A DNA stretch of 63,572 bases, the filler included, from Octopus bimaculoides (Eukaryota), in NCBI RefSeq assembly GCF_001194135.2. It is 4 parts of 4 records of this genome, joined end to end, with 100 filler letters (N's around TTAATTAATTAA, not from the genome) between each part and the next. Parts side by side here need not be neighbours in the genome. Positions count along the whole stretch, not along the records: positions 1 to 30,055 come from NC_068983.1; 3 more parts are not named here. One strand, 5' to 3'. Positions 1-12,407 of this stretch are shown in pieces (within the stretch, counting starts at the first letter, position 1; the number at the start of each line of letters is the position of its first letter). The notes beneath the pieces were generated by a model. That model saw nothing but the letters and a program-made list of their open reading frames with translations. It was not told the origin of the DNA and made no database searches. A program made the translations under genes and the position numbers.

Positions 1-745
1 ATATATATATATATATATATACCCTGGATGAATTTATAATGCAACTGTATCAAGAGAATGCAGTCAAATCCTACGTCTTAAAACGTGTATGCGGTAGACA
101 CATATACCGTGAATATATTGTGAATAATACAGTAATAAACAAGTTTTCGAGAATGTATAATTCTCCAGTCTTATTTATAATGTCTTGAGTATACATGTGT
201 ATGTAAGTTTGTGTGAATGAATGAGAAAATATGTGCGTATATGTGTGTGTGTGCGCGCGCTACGAAGCACAGAATATGAATTTATAGAAGCATGACATGA
301 CCCAAGCATAAATTTTAAAACTATCCATCGACCAAAACAAAAGTTTACTTCATATATATTTATATATAGTAACATTCAACGAATATTTTTACTGTAAATT
401 TCATTCTCAAATTCTTTCTTATAAAATGTTAAATTTCCTAGGACAAGTATTCATTCACAAGATTAACACCGGTTCAAAGTTCAAACCAGCATCTTTAAAA
501 GATCCATTCCTATCCAGAAATTCTATTTTAGAAAAATGTCAATCGATTTCTGTAGAACACACACACCTACACATACACACACACATACGCACACGCACAA
601 TATTGATGTTTGTTTTAATGTAAAGTGATAATAAAAACAATTTTACATTAACCTGCAACATTAGTCAATATTTGTGTGATGTATAAGTTCATTATTTTTG
701 GACAAAAATAGTACTGACAGTGACCTCCAAGTGAATGTATATATG

Positions 746-776
<31 letters not shown>

Positions 777-1224
777 GTATGTATTATTATGTATGTGTGT
801 ATATGTGCGTATGCATAATAATGATGATGATGATGAAGTGAAACCAAATAATCGTATTTTGAAAGCATTTATTACGTGCATTTCATATCGTTGCGTAACA
901 TATAATGTGAAATGCATCCCTTACACAAGATCTTCCTCAGTTAATACATTTCATATTACACATCACGCAATGATAAGAAACGCATTTATTAAATGTTTGC
1001 AAAATATTACTCGGTTCGACTTCATTATTATAATTTATACGACTTGATATCAGTACAAACTAACCAGTCTTGACTTCATTTACGTGGATACTCTACCAGG
1101 GATACTCTAATAAGAATTTGTAGTAGTTTGTTTAATACGCACATACATGTGCGTTTGTGTGTGTGTGTATGTGTGAATACATACATACATACATACATAC
1201 ATACACACATATATATATATATTC

Positions 1225-1763
1225 TTTTATTTTTTCAGTCATTTGACTGCGGCCATGACAGAGGCCCTTCGGTTTTACTCGAAGAAACGACCCCAGGACT
1301 TATTGTTCGTATGCCTAGTACTTATTTTCACGGTCGCTTTTGCCGAACCACTAAGTTATGGGGACGTAAACACAACAGCATCGGTTGTCAAGCGATAGTG
1401 GGGTAGATGAGCTAACACTGACACTAAGACACACACAAAAATATGTACAAACATAGATGCATACGTATATATATAATATATATATATATTATTTATGTGC
1501 CCTTTTAAAGCCTAGCCAGGCTCATGACCCCGGTTCCTATGGTGTATGTGTTCTCCAGCTGGACGAGATGCCAGTCCATCGCAACGTTACTCATTTTTGC
1601 CAGCTGAGTGGACTGGAGTAACGTGAAATGAAGTGTTTTGCTCAAGAACACGACGCGTCGCCCGGTCCAGGAATCGAAACCACAATCTTACGATCATGAT
1701 GCTGACACCCTAACCACTAAGCCACGCGCCTCCACACACACATACATACGCGCGCGCACGCAG

Positions 1764-1795
<32 letters not shown>

Positions 1796-1985
1796 GCACG
1801 CTCACACACATATATACACGACCGGTTTCTTTCAGTTTCCGTCTACTAAATCCATTCACAAGGCTTTGGTTGACCCGAGTTTATAGTGGAAGTCACCTGC
1901 CCAAGGTACCTCGCAGAGGGACTGAACCCGGAACAACAAGATTGGAAAGCAAGCTTCTTACCATACAACCACGCTTGCGACCATG
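1225..1985 (-). mobile_element. tRNA-derived SINE (family A) split by microsatellites and a nested second SINE
   Basis: The 3' part (tttcagtcatttgactgcggccatg..., 1225-1440) and 5' part (tttcagtttccgtctactaaatcc...ccacgc, 1825-1980) match the full-length copies at 42336-42750 and 45020-45410. Confidence 0.8.
1495..1735 (-). mobile_element. tRNA-derived SINE (family C)
   Basis: The minus strand reads gtggaggcgcgtggcttagtggttagg (A box) ... gtttcgattcc (B box), then gttcttgagcaaaacacttcatttcac...ccagtccactcagctggcaaaaatgagtaac. Related segments recur at about 18290-18400 and 54400-54540. Confidence 0.75.
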
Positions 1986-2169
1986 CATACATGTATGTAT
2001 GTATGTATGTATGTAACAAATGAATTTTCTTCATCGCAACCAGCGGATAGACATCCATCACCATGGTAATTGCATATGTAAATACATACATGAATACATA
2101 CTTACACACATATATGCATGCATACATACAAACACATATACACATACATACATATATAATACAAATGCA

Positions 2170-2405
2170 TCACGTGATCGACCAGACCTTCTAATATTGT
2201 TATACATCGCTGGTCACAATTCGCTTTGCCTTCGAATGATATTACGCCGCTGGCTAGGTGAGCTGGCCAATTCCACACCCGCCCATGATGGGAGAGTTAG
2301 TCGGTTGAAGGGTTGCCTATCTACAGCTGTTACAGCTGAGAGCTTTGCTCAAAAACTCAATGCGTCGCTGGTGAGTGCAACACCTTGACCACGTGCCTTC
2401 GCACG
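2170..2405 (-). mobile_element. Degenerate SINE-like repeat
   Basis: A minus-strand head (gtgcgaaggcacgtggtcaaggtgttgcactcac...tttttgagcaaagc) resembles the family C head. Confidence 0.45.
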
Positions 2406-2502
2406 CGCGCGCGCGCACATAATTATATAATATACGTATGTATGTATGTTTGTATGCATGCATGTATGTATATATATGTATGCGTGTATGAATGTATGTA
2501 TG

Positions 2503-2678
2503 TGTTGTGTCGACGCCCCCAGGTGAAGAAGTAGGATCTGCCAAGACATATAAATAGAGGTAGTCTGGCCGTGGTAGGAGCGTTGAGTAGCAGTTGAGTA
2601 GCAGTCGAGTAGCAGTTGTGTAGCGGTTGAGTAGAGATCATCCGAAGGTGCTAGATAGCAGTAGCTTGAGACATAACA
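2503..2678 (+). mobile_element. Solo LTR (176 bp) with 5-bp target-site duplication
   Basis: TG...CA termini with 8/9 inverted match (tgttgtgtc / gacataaca). GTATG flanks both sides (2498-2502, 2679-2683). TATAAATA lies at 2549-2556, and five ~11-bp gttgagtagca units lie at 2582-2636. Confidence 0.65.
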
Positions 2679-4039
2679 GTATGCATGCATGCACGTATGT
2701 ATGTATGTATGCATGCATGTATGTATGTATGCATGCATGTATGTATCTATGCATGTATGTATGTATATATGTATGCATGCATGCCTGTATGTATGTATAT
2801 ATGTTTGTGTATATCTGTGTGTGCACTTATGTATGTGTATAATTTTAAAGAGGTGCCAAGTTGTCTGACACTACATACTACGTATTCCTAGCAAGTAAAA
2901 ATCTATCGACTAAATCTAATAACATATTTGAGAATATGGTGCTATTTGTAGATTAGTCGTATTTTATACAGAGCAGTAATTCTTAGGTCTTTGGCAATAG
3001 TGAAAACGTAATTTTATAGAAAGGTTTTGATCAAGAACTTCTTAGAAGCATCAAATTCCTCCAAAACAATCAATTAATAATCGTATACGTTTCGTACCCA
3101 AAGAAATTCCTAGATTATTTTGAAGTCTTTTGGGAACTATAAAATGTATTTCTTTTGAAATTGTATGTATGTATATATATATATGTATATAACGTTTACG
3201 GTTTATCTTTTATTTTTTTGCAGTCATTAAAATGCGTCCATACTGGGGCACCGCCGTGAGGAACTTTTAGTGGATCTAGTCTTTCTCATTGGCGAAATGA
3301 GCCCGGCTTCATTTTGCTCAGATTGCTTTCAATTTTGGTGAATCGATACTACTCTGAATTTCGATTAAGATCAACCAATTACTCTATCTCGTAAATTAAA
3401 GAATCTGATGTTATTTGGAATTAAAGCTGTGAAATCTTGGTAATTTTAGCCAATCAACAGACAGCGTGGCATTAGCAACTTATTACAATGACAACCGCAC
3501 GCTGTGTTGTGGTTCACTTTTGTCTGTGCTACTATGTTGGGCACTTGATTCTTCACATCACGAGGTTCTTTTCACCCGCGTGTTTTGTTTTAATTTTTCT
3601 GTGTTAGTATATTACATATTTTCCTGTGCTTTTCTGTGGTCTCTCTCTGTCTTAGTATTTTTACATATTTTTCACTTCATATATTTTTGGGACTCACTGA
3701 AACAGCTGGATTTATGATTTCACTAGGTTAATTCTGTTCATAAAAATTTTAATTAGAAGTATTTCTTAAACCGTTAGCTTAACATTTCAATAGCTCAACT
3801 GAAATTTAACCCTCATAACAGAAATTGAGAGGGATATCGTGGAACAGAGAATCTGTGGGTGATACAGATAATTTGACATTATTTTTGAATTCTGCATGCA
3901 CAAACGTATAAGATACAGGTATTCTTTTCCTTGGGACAAATTCTTCATTGACCAGTGTTATTCTTATCGTAGTTTACAAATCCAAGCATGAAAACGTCAC
4001 TCAGCATTGGATGTTTTGGGAGACAGACGCTCCCTAGAC

Positions 4040-4074
<35 letters not shown>

Positions 4075-5209
4075 NNNNNNNNNNNNNNNNNNNNNNNNNN
4101 NNNNNNNNNNNNNNNNNNNNNNNNNNNNNNNNNNNNNNNNNNNNNNNNNNNNNNNNNNNNNNNNNNNNNNNNNNNNNNNNNNNNNNNNNNNNNNNNNNNN
4201 NNNNNNNNNNNNNNNNNNNNNNNNNNNNNNNNNNNNNNNNNNNNNNNNNNNNNNNNNNNNNNNNNNNNNNNNNNNNNNNNNNNNNNNNNNNNNNNNNNNN
4301 NNNNNNNNNNNNNNNNNNNNNNNNNNNNNNNNNNNNNNNNNNNNNNNNNNNNNNNNNNNNNNNNNNNNNNNNNNNNNNNNNNNNNNNNNNNNNNNNNNNN
4401 NNNNNNNNNNNNNNNNNNNNNNNNNATAATAAATGAGTATATGCATATATTACGTACAGGTATGTGCATACCTACGTCTACCTGTAGGTGCATATCTGGG
4501 TACAGGACATTGCAAACAAAACGTAGACAAAAAATAATAATAATGGGACAAGAGCGCAAAACATCCAGACAGTTAGGTGATACAAGAAAGGGACAACAAA
4601 ACACCCAGATAGACAATACAAAGAAAACAAGGACAGGGTATTCAGAGTTTTCTTTCATCAGATATATATACACACACTTGTGTATGTATATTTGAGAGGG
4701 AATGCAAATCAGAATAGGTAAGAAGTCTTGGAAGAGAACCTCTTTAAAAACTATATTCTTTGTTATACACCATCAATGCCATCTTGAAGTATAGGCAAAT
4801 TGATCTATTGATGTTCGAATGAGCTGTTGCCTGGTGACCCAAAGTATCTTGCAACCTGGTAGCAATCTGTGCATGCTGTAACTTATTGTCAATAAATAAC
4901 TACTTCAGACTGCAATACATTGCCTTTCCTTAGAGTGAGAAAGGCTGTAGCATAACGTGCAATTTTGCCACATCTTTCCTTAATCTGAATCTACCTTTAA
5001 TTACAGCAAACTCATGTATTCAGCGTGGTCTCTCTGTGCGGTCTGTGTGAGCAGTACACTCACGGACAACTTTGTTGCTGATAAGATGTCCCTGCTTATC
5101 ACCTTTTCTACTATGAGAGAATTTTCACTTTAAGTCAAGTAAGCAATCTTAACTATAGAATGAAATTGAAGACATAACCTTCTTATAGTAATATTTTTGA
5201 ACCGTACAC

Positions 5210-5252
<43 letters not shown>

Positions 5253-5262
5253 NNNNNNNNNN

Positions 5263-5306
<44 letters not shown>

Positions 5307-6099
5307 GTTTGTCTGTCTCTCACACACACATACACACTTTTTCGTTTTACAAATCCTTTGAACTAACTATTTAACCTCACAACATACATAAGCAAAATAA
5401 TATAACCATATGCATTTCTATGTTAGAACGAAAATAAAGCTTGGTATAAAATTCTGTATGCGTAGAGCAGTGTGAGTGTATATACGTGTGTATGTGCATG
5501 TGTGTGTGTGTGTGTGTGTGTTAAAGTAAACGTACATAAGAACAATCAAATACGTATTTATTGCTAGCACATCAAGACAGACCACATGGTTGAAGTCGAC
5601 AGACGCACAACATCACGTGGCTAAAAATAACTTGGTCGTGTTCAACACGACAAAAAGAAGGAAAATGAGAACACTACTAGGTGATGGGGCGGAATTTCAG
5701 GAGTTTCACAGCTCCTGATTGGCTACTGCTTGATTGAATCGCACGGTTGCAATTCAGCAGTAACCGTTGAAGACTCGTGATCTGAAACTAGCAGTTAATT
5801 CTCAAAAGAGTTATTCGTTAGTCCTTAAACGAAATGTATCGAGAATTGCAGCGATAAAGGCAAAATTTGATCGCGACAAAACTTTCAATTGCAGAATATT
5901 TTGTTTATATAAACTTACCAGCAAATTTCTGGACCCAGGCAAATGAAACGTGTAATGCTGCAGTTACGTCACGTGTGTCACCGAAGCAGCCACTGATTGG
6001 TTAAAATCTGATCAGAAGGCATGTCTCTAAAGTGTCAACCCTGCACATAGCTGGTGAAATTAGAGATAAAAGCAGCAATGACAAAAATAATAATCCTTT

Positions 6100-6740
6100 C
6101 TACTGTAGGCACAAGTCCTGAAATTTTGTGGGGAGGGCCAGTCGATTAGATCAGCACCAGTACACAACTGGTACTTAATTTATCGACCCCGAAAGGATGA
6201 AAGGCAAAGTCAACCTGGGCGGAATTTGAACTCAGAACGTAATGACGGGCGAAATACCGCTAAACATTTCGTCCAGCATGCTAACGATTCTGCCAGCTCA
6301 CCGCCTTCACAACAATAATAATGATTTCAAATTTTAGCATAAGGCTAGCAATTCGGGGGAAGGAGATAAGTTGATTACATCGACTCCAGAGCGTAAGTGG
6401 CACTTATTTCACCGTCCCCGAAAGGATGAAAGGCAAAGTTGATTTTGGCAGAGATTGAACGCAAAGACAGGCAAAACATCACTAAGCATTTTGCCTGGCA
6501 AGCTTACGACTCTGCCAGCTCGCCACCTTTATTGGTTTAAAATTTTGGCACAAGGTCAGCAAGTTTGGAAGAAGTGATAAGTCGATTACATCGATCTCAG
6601 CGCTCAATTGGTACTTATTTTATCGACCCCCGAAAGGTGGAAAGGTAGGGTCGACTTCAGTGGCATTTGAACTCACAACGCAAAGACAGACGAAATGCCA
6701 CTAAGTATTTTGTCCGGCGTACTAACGATTCTAGCACCTC
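6100..6740 (-). mobile_element. Three head-to-tail copies of tRNA-derived SINE family B
   Basis: The repeated core atcgaccccgaaaggatgaaaggcaaagtc...gaatttgaactcagaacg...ctgccagctc occurs at ~6100-6306, 6320-6530 and 6530-6740. The minus-strand head is ggcggcgagctggcagaa. Confidence 0.85.
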
Positions 6741-6741
6741 A

Positions 6742-6802
<61 letters not shown>

Positions 6803-6842
6803 CAACAACAACAATAATGATGATGATGATGATGATGATGAC
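6742..6842. repeat. Compound trinucleotide microsatellite (TAA)n-(CAA)n-(TGA)n
   Basis: Directly visible. Confidence 0.95.
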
Positions 6843-7260
6843 GATCCATTGGGAGCTTTATGAAAATTATGACCGAGAAAGATCAAAGACATGGTGTGAC
6901 CAAAACCCAAAGAGAGTTACTGAGAATGAGGTTTACAAAATCCTGTGAGATGCAATGATTCAATGTGACCATCAGATTAGACATCGGAAATCTGACATTG
7001 TTGTGGTGAACAGAAAAGAAAAAAAGACATGCTTGATAATCCTGGTGACAAGAGGATTAAAGAGAAAGAAGAAGAAAAAATGAACAACCGTGATGAATTG
7101 AAGTGGGAAATACGCAGGTTGTGGTCAATGAAGAAAGTGGACGGAAAGCCAATAATGATAGACGCGTTTGGAAGTATCAGCACTCAACTACCAGCGTAGC
7201 TCAAAGAAGATTGATACAAATGTAAAGATAGAACACCTAAAAGATCCATGATTGCTTGAA
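6843..7260 (+). mobile_element. R4/Dong-like non-LTR retrotransposon fragment, C-terminal restriction-like endonuclease region (frameshifted)
   Basis: Translation gives IHWELYENYDRERSKTWCDQNPKRVTENEVYKIL ... CDHQIRHRKSDIVVVNRKEKKTCLI ... DKRIKEKEEEK...ELKWEIRRLW, matching the PD-(D/E)xK RLE region of R4/Dong/NeSL elements. Confidence 0.8.
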
Positions 7261-7366
7261 GCATGATCAGTTAACAAGTGTCACTTTAGTTTGCTGGCTG
7301 TGGGCAGCTGACACTTTCCATCATATCCTGCAATAACAGCAGCAACAACAACAAGAACAACAACAG

Positions 7367-7417
<51 letters not shown>

Positions 7418-7523
7418 TCCACAATGTGTTGATGATGAGAAAAACATGTAATCGCTACCAATATAGCAAGAGATTTCTCCACAAAAAGTCTAAAGTAGAC
7501 TCCTTAAGGATCGTTCTCCTTGG

Positions 7524-7555
<32 letters not shown>

Positions 7556-7916
7556 ATTACATATGTATGCACAGTCGTACATATGTATATCTTTTCTTCA
7601 TTAAAATAATTCTTGCCCTCTGTGCGTGCTTTCAATTGTGATTTCTAAGATTCAGTATGGCTTATTTGTCAATTCTGCTTTGACCTAGAATACCAATTTT
7701 CGGGTCACCAGCTTGATGGTTGCACACGCGGGTAACGAAATATATACATATGCCTCCATAAATTGTGACTATATTCTCCACACATAGTTCAAATATATCT
7801 CTTCATGGTATTTCCTTCGAATGTATTTTCATTAAAAAAATCATATTTCATTCAAAAAATCATATTTCATTTTAAGACATATAGCACCATTCTTTATCTC
7901 CTACTTATAGTTCAGT

Positions 7917-8144
7917 TTAACTCTTTAGTATTTAAACAGGCCATATCTGGCCAAGATATTCTACCTGTTTTATATTCAAACTGGCCAGATCCGGCTTCTC
8001 AAATCATCCCTAGAATATCCTTCTAAAAATTCACAGCTACCTCATCAAAATCTCAAAAGCTACAAAATAATGCAAAATTTATTCAAAACATGTGAATAAA
8101 GAAGCATTACTTTGGTCGGGACAATGTGAATGCTAAAGGGTTAA
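7917..8144. mobile_element. piggyBac-type non-autonomous MITE
   Basis: TTAA at both ends, with termini ctctttagtatt / aatgctaaaggg. Confidence 0.75.
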
Positions 8145-9169
8145 TAAGTGATAGCGTTTACATCTGAATTGAACAACTTCATTAAGGTATCGTTTTCTTT
8201 CTATTTCTTTTTACAGAAGTATTACATGCAAATGTTTTGTAAAAATGAATAAGAAAGTGCATCACACACACACACGAGGAAAGAACATGTCCATGTCGCG
8301 TGCGAATTTCCGTTCGTTCCTTGTCGTGCTTCATTTTAATTTTTGAAACTTGTCACTTAATATAACGCCACACAAATAACTTCTCCATGTCAGCTTATAT
8401 TGCAAGAATTTTTTTGTGTGCTGTTTCTTTTTCTCTTACTCTCTCTTCTTTCTTATCTCACGACCTTACCTCTCTATCCTTTTCTACTCCTCTGCTCTCC
8501 ACCACTTTTTCTCCCTTCCCCACTACCACCTGACCCGTGACCGTTCTCTTTTCATATTCATTTTCTTCGCTTGACCGCTGACCTGTTCGGTCATATTTCT
8601 CTTGACCTCTTGCTTTCTACATTGAGATCGTTTTCTTCACCGTTCGTTTTTTTTTCGTTTTCCCCTTTTGTTCTATCCTTCCTCTTTCCAGTCCTATAGG
8701 ATATGTTTCATTACGTTACTTATCCACGTGTCTTGCCTTGTCTCACTGCCCTATGGTCTTTATTTTGTTTGTATATTTACATTTACACCTGTGTCGTTTT
8801 CGTATTTATTTCCGTCACTGTCATCAACGTTCGGTCAATATTTCCAGCTGCTATTCGCTATTGACATCATCCACAGTGAACAGTATTATCGTTAAAGGCG
8901 TGAAATTGTAATGTTCTTTGGGGGACGATAACTGACGAGGAAAAAGCATGCCTATGTCTTGAATGTGAATTTTCCGTCCACTCCTCGTACTTCTGTTTAA
9001 TTTTTGAACACAGACAGACAGAGAGAGAGGTTTCATGAAGTAAAATTAATGTCTTTTAAATGATTGAAATAAGAAACAAAACAAAAATTCAGAGCTAAAG
9101 AATGGAATAAAAATATAAATCAGAGACAAACTCAACAATACCATGTATATGGAAAGAGAGGGGGCAGAA

Positions 9170-9202
<33 letters not shown>

Positions 9203-9327
9203 AAGAGAGAGCAAAACTTTTGTCGCAGCAAGGAAGCTTTCTCCAAAGTAACGAGTTAGGACTAGTTCATACATACATATACGCACATATATATACATTC
9301 CCGCACACGAATTTGATTGTGTGTGTG

Positions 9328-9375
<48 letters not shown>

Positions 9376-9900
9376 TTTATATATTTATGTATGTATGTAT
9401 TTATATATGTATGTATGTATGTGGGTGTATGTGTGCGTGGATATGCGTGTTCGCGTGCATACTTTGTGAATTGAAATAAAAGAGACTAATACAAAACAAA
9501 AAATCATATTTAAAACATCGTGATAGATAAGTAAGAAGAAAACGAAGGTGAGTGACGCAGATGAAAGAGATTTGTGACTGACGAATGATTTGCTATGTGG
9601 TGAATGAGATGACAAGGATCTTATTGACTTACATGCAAGACCACATTCTGTACGGATGTGTTTCAGGATGGTCAGGGCTTTCATGTGAGTATGTGCTTGC
9701 TTGTTGGTTGAAACACGAGTCCAACATTTTGATTTACAGACAAGTCTACAGATGTCGCTATAACATGCTTTCACTACAGCAGCTTGAGTGGATTGTGCTT
9801 CGCAAGACACATTGTGTTTTATGGCTTCACAGATTGTAAGAATCCTCACAGGCTTCTGCAGAGTTTTCTCATTCAAATGTATACAGATCTTTGTATATGA

Positions 9901-9942
<42 letters not shown>

Positions 9943-10796
9943 GTTTATGTATGTATATATCTATCTATCTCTCTTTATCTCTCTTTATTATATGTGTATA
10001 TATTTCTGGACCCAGGCAAAAGAGACTTGTAATGCGGTGTATGTATGTATATATATATATATATATACACACATATATATATATATACAGATAGATAGAT
10101 AAGGCGATAGATAGATCGATCGATAGATAGATACACATACATACATACACACATATATATATACATACATATATATACATATATATATATATCTATGTGT
10201 ATATATACACATATATATATGCTTATAAATATACACATATATGCATACATGCATACATACATACATGTATACGTGTTTTGTCATACAGAGAGAACACGCG
10301 AAAAGAGATACGTACACATGGACATATAAAAACATACTCAGACACATATACATACATACACAACTATAACATACAAGCAACTATAACATACAGGTAACTA
10401 TAACATACAGGCAACTAATAAACCAAATAAGAAACGACGACTTGATCACAATAAAGAAAGTCTTACAAGAAAAACGGTGTTTAATATCATCTGATGTGAT
10501 TATTGCTCGAGATATCACACGTCTTCATATCTTTGTATCATTGTAGAAAATGGTGTGAAATTAAAGAAACAATATATTATCAGTGAAAATATGGTACCAG
10601 ATTCAAGCTAAGCTTTTGTCATGTGATGCCACTCCATTCTGTCTTTAATTACAACACAAGCGTCGCAATGTTTCGAATGCTTGTAATTTATGAAGAGTCT
10701 GAATAAATAAGAAGTTGTATGATATGCATAGTGATATGCATGTGTGTGTTTGTGTGTACGCAATTTAATACACACACATATATATGTATATATGTA

Positions 10797-10840
<44 letters not shown>

Positions 10841-10964
10841 TGTGTGTGTGTGTTTGCGAAATGCATTGAAGACATTTTGAGACTTTTTAAAGAGAGGCAG
10901 TTATAACTGTCCTAGATCATTGTAATTGTAATATATCATTACAATACTATTTTCTGATATTCTC

Positions 10965-11340
10965 TTATTCTTTTACTTGTTTCAGTCATTTGACTGCGGC
11001 CATGCTGGAGCACGACCTTTTTAGTCGAACAAATTGACTTCAGGACTTATTCTTTGTAAGCCTAGTACTTATTCTATTGGTGTCTTGTTGCCGAACCGCT
11101 AAGTTACAGGGGACGTAAACAAATCAACATCAGTTGTCAAGCAATGGTGGAGGAACAAACACACACACACACACACACACATACGACGGGCTTCTTTCAG
11201 TTTCCATCTACCAAATCCACTCTCAAGACTTTGGTTCGGCCCGAGGCTATGGTAGAAGACACTTGCCCAAAGTGCCATGCAACGGGACTGAACTCGGAAC
11301 CACGTGGTTGTACTGGAGCTACTTACCACACAGCCACTTC
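10965..11340 (-). mobile_element. Full-length SINE family A
   Basis: Complete reverse complement of the family A consensus, including the internal (CA)n. Confidence 0.9.
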
Positions 11341-11429
11341 TCTGCCCGTCAACTTTTGTTATTTGAGATTGTAGGAGAAAGCTGTAACTGCACTTTGAAC
11401 ACTCCCAATAAAACACTGCTTGTTATTAG

Positions 11430-11750
11430 TAATTAGTATGCAGAATGCAATCGAAACGTGAAGACAATTTCGATGCTTGCTATGGTAATAAAGTTTTGTG
11501 TGTTAAACTGGGAAAAAACGCTATAGAAACTTATGAACTGCTGTTGACTGCTTATGGATTAACTTGTATGAGTTGAGGTTCTGTTGCTAGCTGGCGCAAA
11601 AGGCAAAGCAAAGTCCATCAGGAAGCTCATAGTGATCCTCTTATTCAACAACAAAAGCGTCATCTACATCCAATGGGTTCCCTCTAGTCAGACTGTCAAC
11701 AAAAAGTACCTTGTGAACGTTTTGAGGGAATTGAGGAAGAGATTTCATTA
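11430..11750 (+). mobile_element. Mariner transposase relic, internally deleted
   Basis: IKFCVKLGKNAIETYELLLTAYG (HTH start) is joined to KAKSIRKLIVILLFNNKSVIYIQWVPSSQTVNKKYLVNVLRELRKR, typical of mariner DD34D transposases. Confidence 0.75.
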
Positions 11751-12280
11751 TGCACATGAACACTGTATACGACAATTTCTGTCATATTTCATATATATAT
11801 ATATATATATANNNNNNNNNNNNNNNNNNNNNNNNNNNNNNNNNNNNNNNNNNNNNNNNNNNNNNNNNNNNNNNNNNNNNNNNNNNNNNNNNNNNNNNNN
11901 NNNNNNNNNNNNNNNNNNNNNNNNNNNNNNNNNNNNNNNNNNNNNNNNNNNNNNNNNNNNNNNNNNNNNNNNNNNNNNNNNNNNNNNNNNNNNNNNNNNN
12001 NNNNNNNNNNNNNNNNNNNNNNNNNNNNNNNNNNNNNNNNNNNNNNNNNNNNNNNNNNNNNNNNNNNNNNNNNNNNNNNNNNNNNNNNNNNNNNNNNNNN
12101 NNNNNNNNNNNNNNNNNNNNNNNNNNNNNNNNNNNNNNNNNNNNNNNNNNNNNNNNNNNNNNNNNNNNNNNNNNNNNNNNNNNNNNNNNNNNNNNNNNNN
12201 NNNNNNNNNNNNNNNNNNNNNNNNNNNNNNNNNNNNNNNNNNNNNNNNNNNNNNNNNNNNNNNNNNNNNNNNNNNNNNNA

Positions 12281-12400
12281 ATGCTTGCTATGTAATAAAG
12301 TTTTTTGTTAAACTGCCCCCCCCCAAAAAAAAAACGCTATAGAAACTTATGGAATGCTCCAAATTGCTTATGGGTTAACTTGTATGAGCTGAGAATCTGT
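12281..12400 (+). mobile_element. Second diverged copy of the mariner 5' fragment
   Basis: atgcttgctatgtaataaagtttt...aaacgctatagaaacttatg...aacttgtatgag parallels 11474-11575. Confidence 0.7.
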
Positions 12401-12407
12401 TATTCGC

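Noticed and set aside
175-3717. Many 60-130 aa ORFs rich in YI/HT/CV/MY
   Set aside because: Translations of (AT)n, (CA)n and (GTAT)n microsatellites and SINE bodies; the same applies throughout the window.
4700-5130. Possible Penelope-like coding relics (also 8290-9010 and 9500-9880)
   Set aside because: Similarity too weak to call by eye; the ctgacga at 8932 lacks a stem II/GAAA partner, so it is not a hammerhead.
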